A stretch of DNA of 64,000 nucleotides, taken from an uncultured Candidatus Saccharibacteria bacterium. GTDB taxonomy: Bacteria; Patescibacteriota; Doudnabacteria; UBA920. Positions 8,867 to 15,822 of the stretch are shown piece after piece. The notes beneath the pieces were generated by a model. The model searched no databases. It saw only the letters and a list, made by a program, of their open reading frames with translations, and had not been told where the DNA came from. Position numbers and translations under genes: made by a program. The first letter of the stretch is position 1; every line of letters starts with the position of its first letter. The stretch lies in contig CAYVOF010000003.1 in NCBI GenBank assembly GCA_964453405.1, forward strand, positions 4,286 through 68,285, given 5' to 3'.

Positions 8867-9334
8867 TTATCCCCAAATTTTGACATAGATTTTCTTACCC
8901 GAAAAATTATCTTCCTGGTCTTTTTGTTCAAATTGGGTGCCGCAATTTTCGCATTTGTAAAACCCCCAACCTTTATCGTCATGCCCCCAGAGCTTTTGCC
9001 TCTTTTGCTTACATACAGGGCAATCGACACAGTACCAATTTTTTCGGTTTGACTCCGCCTGATGCATTCTCGATAGCAACAGTTCACCGCGTCCAGTCAG
9101 GGAATTCAACTCATACGACTTCATTGCTGTTAGTAACTCAATTAAAGAGCCACTTTCCCCACAATCTGTAACAAATTTGTTTTTTGCGATATCAATATGA
9201 ATGTTACACCCAAACATTTTACAATCTGTGATGACACACCTACCGTGCCAATTCCCGTCCTTGCCCGAATGGCCGTAGGTGTCGAACTCGAATGGTGTTC
9301 TAGTATCAGTAAGCTTTGATTTTGCTGTATCCAT
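8867..9334 (-). CDS. hypothetical protein with C-terminal Zn-ribbon (cassette 3)
   Basis: Start moved to ATG 9334 after GAGGAGG; CPVC-x17-CENC. Confidence 0.7.
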   Translation of the reverse strand: MDTAKSKLTDTRTPFEFDTYGHSGKDGNWHGRCVITDCKMFGCNIHIDIAKNKFVTDCGESGSLIELLTAMKSYELNSLTGRGELLLSRMHQAESNRKNWYCVDCPVCKQKRQKLWGHDDKGWGFYKCENCGTQFEQKDQEDNFSGKKIYVKIWG

Positions 9335-9407
9335 TTCGTCCTCCTCATTGAATTTGTCCATAAATATATCATAGGTCTCAAATATTGACAACTTGCATTT
9401 GTATAAT

Positions 9408-9495
9408 AGTTCTAACATCCTCCACCACGCCCTGCCAGCAAAAGCACCGCATATTTGTGCGGTGTTTTTGTTTGAGGGCAGACAGGAATTGAACT
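9408..9495 (+). repeat. junction R3 (full, right arm B)
   Basis: AGTTCTAACATCCTCCACCACGCCCTGCCA-GCAAAAGCACCGCATATTTGTGCGGTGTTTTTG-TTTGAGGGCAGACAGGAATTGAACT. Confidence 0.95.
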
Positions 9496-9534
9496 GCTGT
9501 GGTATTATTTAATAAAGAATTTAACATTGTGTAT

Positions 9535-10476
9535 ATGACTGAAAGAACAAACAATATCAATTTAGAAAACATCGGTATCAACAAAGAGAAAAAGGATATC
9601 CAGTCTGAAAAGCCCATCTTTATAATTTATCGAGAGAATGATCTCTATCGAGATTTTGTACCCAAGCTAGTAAAAAAATTAGAAGAGATGGGTAAAAAAG
9701 TAGAGGTAGAATCCTTCAATCGTGACCAAAATATAGATGAGATTGAACAAAAAGGTTCTGTACTTCTACCCCGCGAAAAGCGAAATGAAATAGCTCTAAA
9801 TACTACAGTCATTATGGATAATACTTCCGCAGAGGCGGTAGGCATGTGGCAACGTCAAGATATAAATCTTGATGACTTAGTAAATCAAATTTACTCCGAT
9901 GTATATTTAGGAAAAGAATTTAACGAACCAAGTCAACTTGAAAATAAAGAAAGTACTTCCTATTCCGAACTGCTAAACATTTTAGGTGGACTTATAGAAG
10001 AAGTGCGAAAAAACTACCCTAATTTAAATACTATAGCCTTAATAAATAATTCATTTGATGTACACGATAAGATTAAGAATACAGACGCAGAGTTACTTGA
10101 TGGGCTAGAAAATAATTTAGAGGCTTTCAACAATTGGGAACGGATGAATACAGAGAGGAAAGGTGCACATGCAGAAAGTCGAGAAATGCGGATATTAATA
10201 AATAGATTGAGTAAACTTATACCAACCGAAAATATTATTGTTTATGACCAGATTACAGATTTTGACAATGACGGACATACTCTAGTTATAGTAGATAGGC
10301 ATCATGTATCTGATGAGGCAAGACTTGAAAAAGCAGGGAAATACCGAATTATTCTTCCGATAGCTAGCGCTATGGAAGATATGGCAAAAAGTGGGCTTTT
10401 GAATCTACCCGAAGAAAAAATTGACCAAAAGCTTTCAGAATTTTTAGAAAGTAAATTTGGGAGTAATGGTCAGTAG
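9535..10476 (+). CDS. hypothetical acidic protein (cassette 4)
   Basis: Long ORF, ATG 9535 downstream of TGGTATTAT; no family recognised. Confidence 0.75.
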   Translation: MTERTNNINLENIGINKEKKDIQSEKPIFIIYRENDLYRDFVPKLVKKLEEMGKKVEVESFNRDQNIDEIEQKGSVLLPREKRNEIALNTTVIMDNTSAEAVGMWQRQDINLDDLVNQIYSDVYLGKEFNEPSQLENKESTSYSELLNILGGLIEEVRKNYPNLNTIALINNSFDVHDKIKNTDAELLDGLENNLEAFNNWERMNTERKGAHAESREMRILINRLSKLIPTENIIVYDQITDFDNDGHTLVIVDRHHVSDEARLEKAGKYRIILPIASAMEDMAKSGLLNLPEEKIDQKLSEFLESKFGSNGQ

Positions 10477-10500
10477 CTTGGGCTGCTATACGGTTAATTG

Positions 10501-10563
10501 AGTTCTAACATCATCCACTACGCCCTGCCACAGAGACACTCAACGAAAGTTGGGTGTTTTTGT
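10501..10563 (+). repeat. junction R4 (left arm + different terminator)
   Basis: AGTTCTAACATCATCCACTACGCCCTGCCA then GACACTCAAC-GAAA-GTTGGGTGTTTTT. Confidence 0.92.
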
Positions 10564-10581
10564 TTATATGATCGTAAGCTA

Positions 10582-10610
10582 TTGACTCCTACCCGATTTA
10601 TTTGTATAAT
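10582..10610 (+). promoter_or_regulatory. cassette 5 promoter
   Basis: TTGACT-17-TATAAT; AGGAGG before ATG 10660. Confidence 0.75.
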
Positions 10611-10659
10611 ATTTAGTCTTTAAAATAGACGGAAATCAAAGTTTTTTAGGAGGATATTT

Positions 10660-11805
10660 ATGAAAGAAGCAGTTGCTCCAAAGCGACCAGTCGTGAGGGA
10701 GTTTGAAGTAGAGATAACGCAACTTAACTGGCGTAGTCGCGTTCAGGAAAAAGTTGTTCCGGAAGTTATACCAGACGATATGTTTTACGAAACATCTGAT
10801 CTGGTTAATAAGTTATATCCGGGTAAAGAAATAGTTCATCTGGAACACCCTACAGTTTTTGGTCAACACAATGAAGGTAAGGGAACTTACAGCCTGTTTT
10901 TTAAAACACTGCAGATGTGCTTCAATAAGCACTTTCCATTTGCTTTTAAACCAGAAGCGTTGTGGTACTTAATAGTTCATGAAGTTGCTCAAGCAGTTCT
11001 TCTTAATCCGGAACGTTATCGTTTGTATTTCAGTAATTCAGACGAGCGTCAGGAGATCAAGCTCGATGTTGAATTAGGTCAAGGTGCGAAGATTGAAAAT
11101 TGGGGACCTCATATAATTCAACTTTCAAAATTATTGAAAGAGCAAATTCCTTCTGGTATTGGAGATTTGTTTGCAACTCAGTTTTCAACTTCAACTCCGG
11201 TCAGTGATTCGGCTATGGCTATTACACTGATGCAATCCGCAAGCCCGTTTTACGATTATCGTATGCGTTTATGTTGTGGACTTCCTTTGCTTCGTCTTGA
11301 TGGTCAATCAGGTGACTATGCAGTTTTAGTTGAAAGCGCTAAAGCGCTTAAAACAATCTTTAAGAAAGATCTTGGGTTGTATTTTGATCATCTTATTCCT
11401 GTTCTGGAAAAAATTGCTGATCAAGCGTCGGGTGCGCCAATCGATCATGAGTTTTGGGGATCGTTGTATAATCTGGACAGTGGTTCCGGAGGAAGTAATG
11501 GTTCGGATGGTCTTGGCGGTTGGATGGCATCGTTCATTAATTACTTGCGAGTAGTAAAAGGGAATTTGAATGAAGAGCCTCAAGCTGTAATGCAGGCTAA
11601 GCGTCTTGAGTATTATGATTGGAAAGATAACGACAAGAATCGTATTTCCATAGGTCAAGTTCCTAATCATGTGTCGTCAGTGGACTTTATTTTAGATGAC
11701 TACGGTAAAGAAACTCCAATGCGCTTTATCGGGGGAATGTTATCCGCAGAGGTCATCGATGGGTTTGTTACTCCAGGACTCTCTTATGGAGTTTTGGTAG
11801 ATTAA
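10660..11805 (+). CDS. DUF4419-family protein (cassette 5)
   Basis: H.PF...PE.LW.LI, FSTST, YDY...CGLP..RL.G..DY, FW...Y..GSG...GW motifs recalled from DUF4419. Confidence 0.75.
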   Translation: MKEAVAPKRPVVREFEVEITQLNWRSRVQEKVVPEVIPDDMFYETSDLVNKLYPGKEIVHLEHPTVFGQHNEGKGTYSLFFKTLQMCFNKHFPFAFKPEALWYLIVHEVAQAVLLNPERYRLYFSNSDERQEIKLDVELGQGAKIENWGPHIIQLSKLLKEQIPSGIGDLFATQFSTSTPVSDSAMAITLMQSASPFYDYRMRLCCGLPLLRLDGQSGDYAVLVESAKALKTIFKKDLGLYFDHLIPVLEKIADQASGAPIDHEFWGSLYNLDSGSGGSNGSDGLGGWMASFINYLRVVKGNLNEEPQAVMQAKRLEYYDWKDNDKNRISIGQVPNHVSSVDFILDDYGKETPMRFIGGMLSAEVIDGFVTPGLSYGVLVD

Positions 11806-11826
11806 ACGATCTAAACAACTAGACTT

Positions 11827-11858
11827 AAATCCTTGGATTTTATCCCAAGGATTTTTTT
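11827..11858 (+). terminator. terminator of cassette 5 gene
   Basis: AAATCCTTGG-loop-CCAAGGATTTTTTT. Confidence 0.75.
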
Positions 11859-11971
11859 GTTATTCTTAATACAGAAACCAAGATTTATCACCTCATGAAA
11901 TTATTGGATTTATAAAAAAGTCGATATAAGATGCGATATCAAATATTGTTTATAACGATTTTGGTATAAAT

Positions 11972-12031
11972 AGTTCTAACATCCTCCACCACGCCCTGCC
12001 ACAAAAAAACTCCTTGTAAGGAGTTTTTTTG
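11972..12031 (+). repeat. junction R5 (left arm + third terminator type)
   Basis: AGTTCTAACATCCTCCACCACGCCCTGCCA then CAAAAAAACTCCTT-GT-AAGGAGTTTTTTTG. Confidence 0.92.
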
Positions 12032-12043
12032 TATAAAATGAAA

Positions 12044-12334
12044 TTATTCTTGACCCGTTTTGATTTCAATGGTTTTGCTTCCCACAGGAGCAGCTTTACA
12101 TCTTCTCATATCAGGAGATCCATACCCATTATCAGGACATATTGTGCCGTTTCTGCAATACCAATCTCCGTGAGGGGAATCGTATTGAGTACACAGGTAT
12201 GAAGGTTCAATATACGCTTTACTATTCAATCCAGCTTTATGAAAAGGTAATCCATATTGTGACCCGTAAATTAGACCTATTACTAAGCCCCCAATCGAGA
12301 GCAGGATACCGTATAAGGCTTCTTTTCTTTTCAT
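12044..12334 (-). CDS. small membrane-anchored Cys-rich exported protein (cassette 6)
   Basis: N-terminal TM helix and 4 Cys in the outer domain; only plausible ORF in the unit. Confidence 0.65.
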   Translation of the reverse strand: MKRKEALYGILLSIGGLVIGLIYGSQYGLPFHKAGLNSKAYIEPSYLCTQYDSPHGDWYCRNGTICPDNGYGSPDMRRCKAAPVGSKTIEIKTGQE

Positions 12335-12491
12335 TTTAATGAATTTAATTCTGATAGCTTAATTGTAATTATTATTTTCTTAAATCGCAAGTGGATAACT
12401 TATTTTGTTTTTTATCTTAGTACTAAGCTCATTGCTTATATTCACATTTATCTAAAATCGGATTCTCAAATAAGATTTGATTAGTATAAAT

Positions 12492-12579
12492 AGTTCTAAC
12501 ATCCTTCACCGCGCCCTGCCAGCAAAAGCACCGCATTTTGTGCGGTGTTTTTTGTTTGAGGGCAGACGAGAATCGAACT
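12492..12579 (+). repeat. junction R6 (full, right arm B)
   Basis: AGTTCTAACATCCTTCACCGCGCCCTGCCA-GCAAAAGCACCGCATTTTGTGCGGTGTTTTTTG-TTTGAGGGCAGACGAGAATCGAACT. Confidence 0.95.
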
Positions 12580-12597
12580 TTTTGATATAGTTGATTT

Positions 12598-13254
12598 ATG
12601 AAAACAGTTTTAATTACAGGGGTCAGCAGGGGAATTGGGAAAGCTTTGGCTCAAAAGTTTTTAAACGAAGATTACCAGGTAATAGGAACAACTACAGATG
12701 GATTGATAGAATGGCAACACGATAGTTTAAATGTGTTTCCTTTAGATTTATCAAAAGAAGAAAGTATAAAGAGCTGTGCCTCGGAAATTATTAAATTGAA
12801 CAAGCAGATTGATATTCTCATCAATAATGCTGGTATATGGTCTGGTGGTGAAGACGACCCAATGATATATATGGATACTTTTCGTAGGACGATGGAAGTA
12901 AATGTATTTGGCACAGTAGATTTCAGTGAAAGAATTATTCCTATAATGGTAAAGATTGGGCATATTATTAACATCAGCTCGAGAGCTGGCTCAATGTCGT
13001 ATGTGCATGATGCTGAATACCCAGACTACAAGATTTCTAAAGCAGCATTAAATATGGTAAATCGTATGTGGGCAATTAGAATGAAGGACCAAATTATTGT
13101 TTCCTCAGTTCATCCAGGCTGGGTTAAAACGGATATGGGTGGAGATGAGGCTGATATCTATCCAGAAGAGGCAGCTGAGGATATATATAACTTGGCAATA
13201 TCCAAACCTGAAACAGGACAATTTTGGTATAAAGGGCAAAAGTTTAGTTGGTAG
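12598..13254 (+). CDS. short-chain dehydrogenase/reductase (cassette 7)
   Basis: TGVSRGIG, INNAG, YKISK (YxxxK), HPGWVKTDMGG. Confidence 0.95.
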   Translation: MKTVLITGVSRGIGKALAQKFLNEDYQVIGTTTDGLIEWQHDSLNVFPLDLSKEESIKSCASEIIKLNKQIDILINNAGIWSGGEDDPMIYMDTFRRTMEVNVFGTVDFSERIIPIMVKIGHIINISSRAGSMSYVHDAEYPDYKISKAALNMVNRMWAIRMKDQIIVSSVHPGWVKTDMGGDEADIYPEEAAEDIYNLAISKPETGQFWYKGQKFSW

Positions 13255-13264
13255 TTTGTAGAGT

Positions 13265-13351
13265 AGTTCTAACATCCTTCACTACCCCTGCCAGCAAAAG
13301 CACCGCATATTTGTGCGGTGTTTTTGTGTGGGGCAAGTGGAGGTTAGAACT
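13265..13351 (+). repeat. junction R7 (full, right arm A; 1-nt shorter left arm)
   Basis: AGTTCTAACATCCTTCACTACCCCTGCCA-GCAAAAGCACCGCATATTTGTGCGGTGTTTTTG-TGTGGGGCAAGTGGAGGTTAGAACT. Confidence 0.95.
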
Positions 13352-13362
13352 GTATCTAATTT

Positions 13363-13391
13363 TTGACGTCAGTTTAAAAATCATATATTAT
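13363..13391 (+). promoter_or_regulatory. promoter of TA cassette
   Basis: TTGACG-17-TATTAT. Confidence 0.65.
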
Positions 13392-13416
13392 GAACTTAAG
13401 ATAATCATAAATTTGT

Positions 13417-13629
13417 ATGTCTACAAAAACTTTAGAAAAAATGGTAAAAAATCTCTCTTCCGAAGTAGCCACTCTACGCTCTTTGGTGATTAGTGTTGTC
13501 CGAGAAGAGAAAGACCCAGAAGGAGAATACCGTTCTAAGTTTGTTAAAGACATTCTGAAAGCAGTAAAAGAACCTGTCGTATATGAGTTTAAAGGAAGTA
13601 AGGATTTTCTAAAACTAATTCGTAAGTAA
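13417..13629 (+). CDS. putative antitoxin (cassette 8)
   Basis: 70 aa, 2 nt upstream of RelE-type toxin; D.EGEYR..FVK..L...F....DFL pattern. Confidence 0.7.
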   Translation: MSTKTLEKMVKNLSSEVATLRSLVISVVREEKDPEGEYRSKFVKDILKAVKEPVVYEFKGSKDFLKLIRK

Positions 13630-13631
13630 TA

Positions 13632-13895
13632 ATGCGAGTAGTTTACACTGAAAAGTTTTTAGCTCAAGCAAAAGAACTTCCTAAAGAAACACAAACTAAA
13701 CTAGCAAGACTATTAGGATTATTAGCAGTAAATCCATTTAATCCTTTATTGCACAGCAAGCGACTCACTGGTAAACTTTCTCAAGAATATTCATTTAGAA
13801 TAACTAGGGATTGGCGAGTCATCTTTATATTCATTTCCAAGGATACCATCAAACTAATTATGGCTCGGCATCGTAAAGACGTTTATCGAAAATAG
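13632..13895 (+). CDS. RelE/ParE-superfamily (RelE/YafQ-like) toxin (cassette 8)
   Basis: VVYTEKF, NPFNPLLHSKRLTG, YSFRITRDWRVIF, HRKDVYR. Confidence 0.88.
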   Translation: MRVVYTEKFLAQAKELPKETQTKLARLLGLLAVNPFNPLLHSKRLTGKLSQEYSFRITRDWRVIFIFISKDTIKLIMARHRKDVYRK

Positions 13896-13981
13896 TTCTA
13901 ACATCCTCTACTACGCCCTGCCAGCAAAAGCATCGCATATTTGTGCGGTGTTTTTGTATGGGGCAAGTGTAGGTTAGAACT
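13894..13981 (+). repeat. junction R8 (full, right arm A; last copy)
   Basis: AGTTCTAACATCCTCTACTACGCCCTGCCA-GCAAAAGCATCGCATATTTGTGCGGTGTTTTTG-TATGGGGCAAGTGTAGGTTAGAACT; overlaps the toxin stop codon. Confidence 0.95.
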
Positions 13982-13997
13982 GGTGTATAACAAATCT

Positions 13998-14711
13998 ATG
14001 AATAGTGAAATAGAAAAACTGATTGAACAGGGTGAGATTGCCCGAGAACAAGATGATTTTCAAACTGCGTTAGTGAGTTTTGATAATGCTATGATTGAAT
14101 CGCTCAAAATTAATGACTATGCTTTAGCGGTTAACGCATTAGGGCATCATTTGCTAGTTTACGATAGATTATATAAACAGACGCAAAATCCTTCGTTTTT
14201 GGAGATGATGTTTATGGACACTCAAACAGGGTTGCGATTGGCAGAAAAAAATAATTTGCACGGACAACCCTTGGCGTTAATGACGATGCGTAGCGCAGAA
14301 TATTATTTGGACACCAAGGATTTTGTGCAAGCCGAACAGCTTTTTCAAAAGGCTTTTGATGAACTAACCCAAGACCAAAATGTTACTAACGAAGAACGGG
14401 CAGAATATTTAGGTCACTTAGCCGAAGCCGTGATCTATCAAGGGGATGTTAATCGATCGAAATCAATTTTTATGAAAGCACATCATTTACTTGAGCAGCA
14501 CTCAAATAAATTAAGAGACTTTCATAAACTAGTTATTCAAAGTGGGTTACTTATGAGAGAAGTTTACGGCTTATATTTAAATCATAAGGTTATTGAAGCT
14601 AAAGAATTAATAAAACAAATCGAACCGTTAGCGGTTAAGTTAAAAAATGAGCATAATATGGACGCGAGATATAATCAGTGGGTTGAGCTTAATGCTAAAT
14701 TGAATTCTTAA
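13998..14711 (+). CDS. alpha-helical/TPR-like hypothetical protein
   Basis: Start moved to ATG 13998 because the track start lies inside R8; TPR-like helices. Confidence 0.7.
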   Translation: MNSEIEKLIEQGEIAREQDDFQTALVSFDNAMIESLKINDYALAVNALGHHLLVYDRLYKQTQNPSFLEMMFMDTQTGLRLAEKNNLHGQPLALMTMRSAEYYLDTKDFVQAEQLFQKAFDELTQDQNVTNEERAEYLGHLAEAVIYQGDVNRSKSIFMKAHHLLEQHSNKLRDFHKLVIQSGLLMREVYGLYLNHKVIEAKELIKQIEPLAVKLKNEHNMDARYNQWVELNAKLNS

Positions 14712-14809
14712 AAATTATTTGATGCAAAATACAATTGACCAAACAGTTTGTAAAAGAGAACTAGGAATCACCTATATCTATATTCCCAATACATAGGTAT
14801 AATAGGTAT

Positions 14810-15202
14810 ATGTCAGCTTTTGAAAAGGAAAAAATCTTTGTTGAGTTAAGAAAGTACCATTTGGAAGAATTCCCAAAACCTCTGGCAACTGAGCAAATGA
14901 CTACTCTTTTAACTGAATATAAAGAAATCGAAGACGCTATTGTCAGCATGATTTTTGGCTTGGTTAATGGTAAGACGGAATTTGTAGATTTTAGGACTCA
15001 ACTTAAAGATTTTAATAAAAAAGTAAAACCTGGATTAACTACAGACAAAGCTGAGACTTCAAATCGTGAACTATTTCTTTCCAAATCTTTTCAACTTTCA
15101 AATATTCTAGATATTGCTTCTGGAGGAAACTTTAAGCTCCGACCGATTCGTAAACCAAAAATTATTCGCAGCACTAATCCCCGCGAAGTCATAGAAAATT
15201 AA
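14810..15202 (+). CDS. hypothetical protein
   Basis: 130-aa ORF, TATAAT 6 nt before ATG, terminator after. Confidence 0.7.
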   Translation: MSAFEKEKIFVELRKYHLEEFPKPLATEQMTTLLTEYKEIEDAIVSMIFGLVNGKTEFVDFRTQLKDFNKKVKPGLTTDKAETSNRELFLSKSFQLSNILDIASGGNFKLRPIRKPKIIRSTNPREVIEN

Positions 15203-15253
15203 ACCGCTAGCCTAGCTTGCGGTTTTTTGATGCATTTTTGATATAATACAAAT

Positions 15254-15802
15254 ATGAACAAACTCGAAGCAAAAGTCTTATTTGATCAAGCCTTAGCCCA
15301 CAAAAATGAGCACAAATGCAGTGCGGCTCCCTATGAACAGTTCGAAAAACTGGAAGAAATTGTGGAAAGGGTAAATCCAAAAACCATTTTAGAAATTGGA
15401 ACGGGAATTGGTTTTAGTGCTGTTGTCATGGCTTCGGTTGTGCCAAATTGTCACATTGATACGATCGAAAAAGACCCTGTGCATGTAGCTACTGCTCGCG
15501 ACTTTATTCATCTTCAGGGTTTTCAAACCATTACAGTTTTAAATGATATCGCCGAAGTTAAATTGCAAGATTTAGTGCTAGAGAATAAATCGTATGATTT
15601 AATCTTTTTTGACGGTCATCAGATTCACCAGGAATTCTTGCCTCATTATGAAAAACTGCTCAAACCAGGTGGAATTTTAATTCTCGCCAACACACATTTG
15701 AACAGTAAAACCAGTCCAGAGTTTTTTGATCAACTAGTTCATAACGGCAATTGGGAAATCGCTAATCAATTTGATGACACTATTGTCGCTCATCGAATTT
15801 AG
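15254..15802 (+). CDS. class I SAM-dependent O-methyltransferase
   Basis: ILEIGTGIGFS, YDLIFFDG, LLKPGGIL. Confidence 0.9.
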   Translation: MNKLEAKVLFDQALAHKNEHKCSAAPYEQFEKLEEIVERVNPKTILEIGTGIGFSAVVMASVVPNCHIDTIEKDPVHVATARDFIHLQGFQTITVLNDIAEVKLQDLVLENKSYDLIFFDGHQIHQEFLPHYEKLLKPGGILILANTHLNSKTSPEFFDQLVHNGNWEIANQFDDTIVAHRI

Positions 15803-15822
15803 TTTGAGAGTTAAATAAATAT

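Larger units (their letters stand above)
7126..13981. mobile_element. tRNA-Trp-anchored tandem gene-cassette array (8 units, 9 junction sites, no integrase in window)
   Basis: Nine related sites sharing the (C)CCTGCCA core with the tRNA 3' end, separating unrelated 1-2 gene units. Confidence 0.8.

Noticed and set aside
9385-9407. TTGACA...TATAAT just before R3
   Set aside because: Spacer is only 11 nt; not a canonical promoter.
8692-9617. ORFs 8692-9087, 8741-9052, 9142-9381, 9378-9617
   Set aside because: They overlap better-supported genes, and most translate the repeat itself (KHRT.MRCFC).
7126-13981. CRISPR array
   Set aside because: Intervals are 0.5-1.5 kb, gene-containing and irregular; no cas genes in the window.
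7973-13981. Canonical integron attC sites (TAAC...GTTA ends)
   Set aside because: Ends resemble R''/R' boxes, but L boxes do not pair at canonical spacing. Three sites lack the right arm, the sequence switch maps to the tRNA-like core, genes face both ways and no intI is present. Not fully excluded without a covariance-model search.
13248-13997. ORF 13248-13493 and N-terminal extension 13941-13997
   Set aside because: Both read through repeats R7/R8; the real starts are 13417 and 13998.
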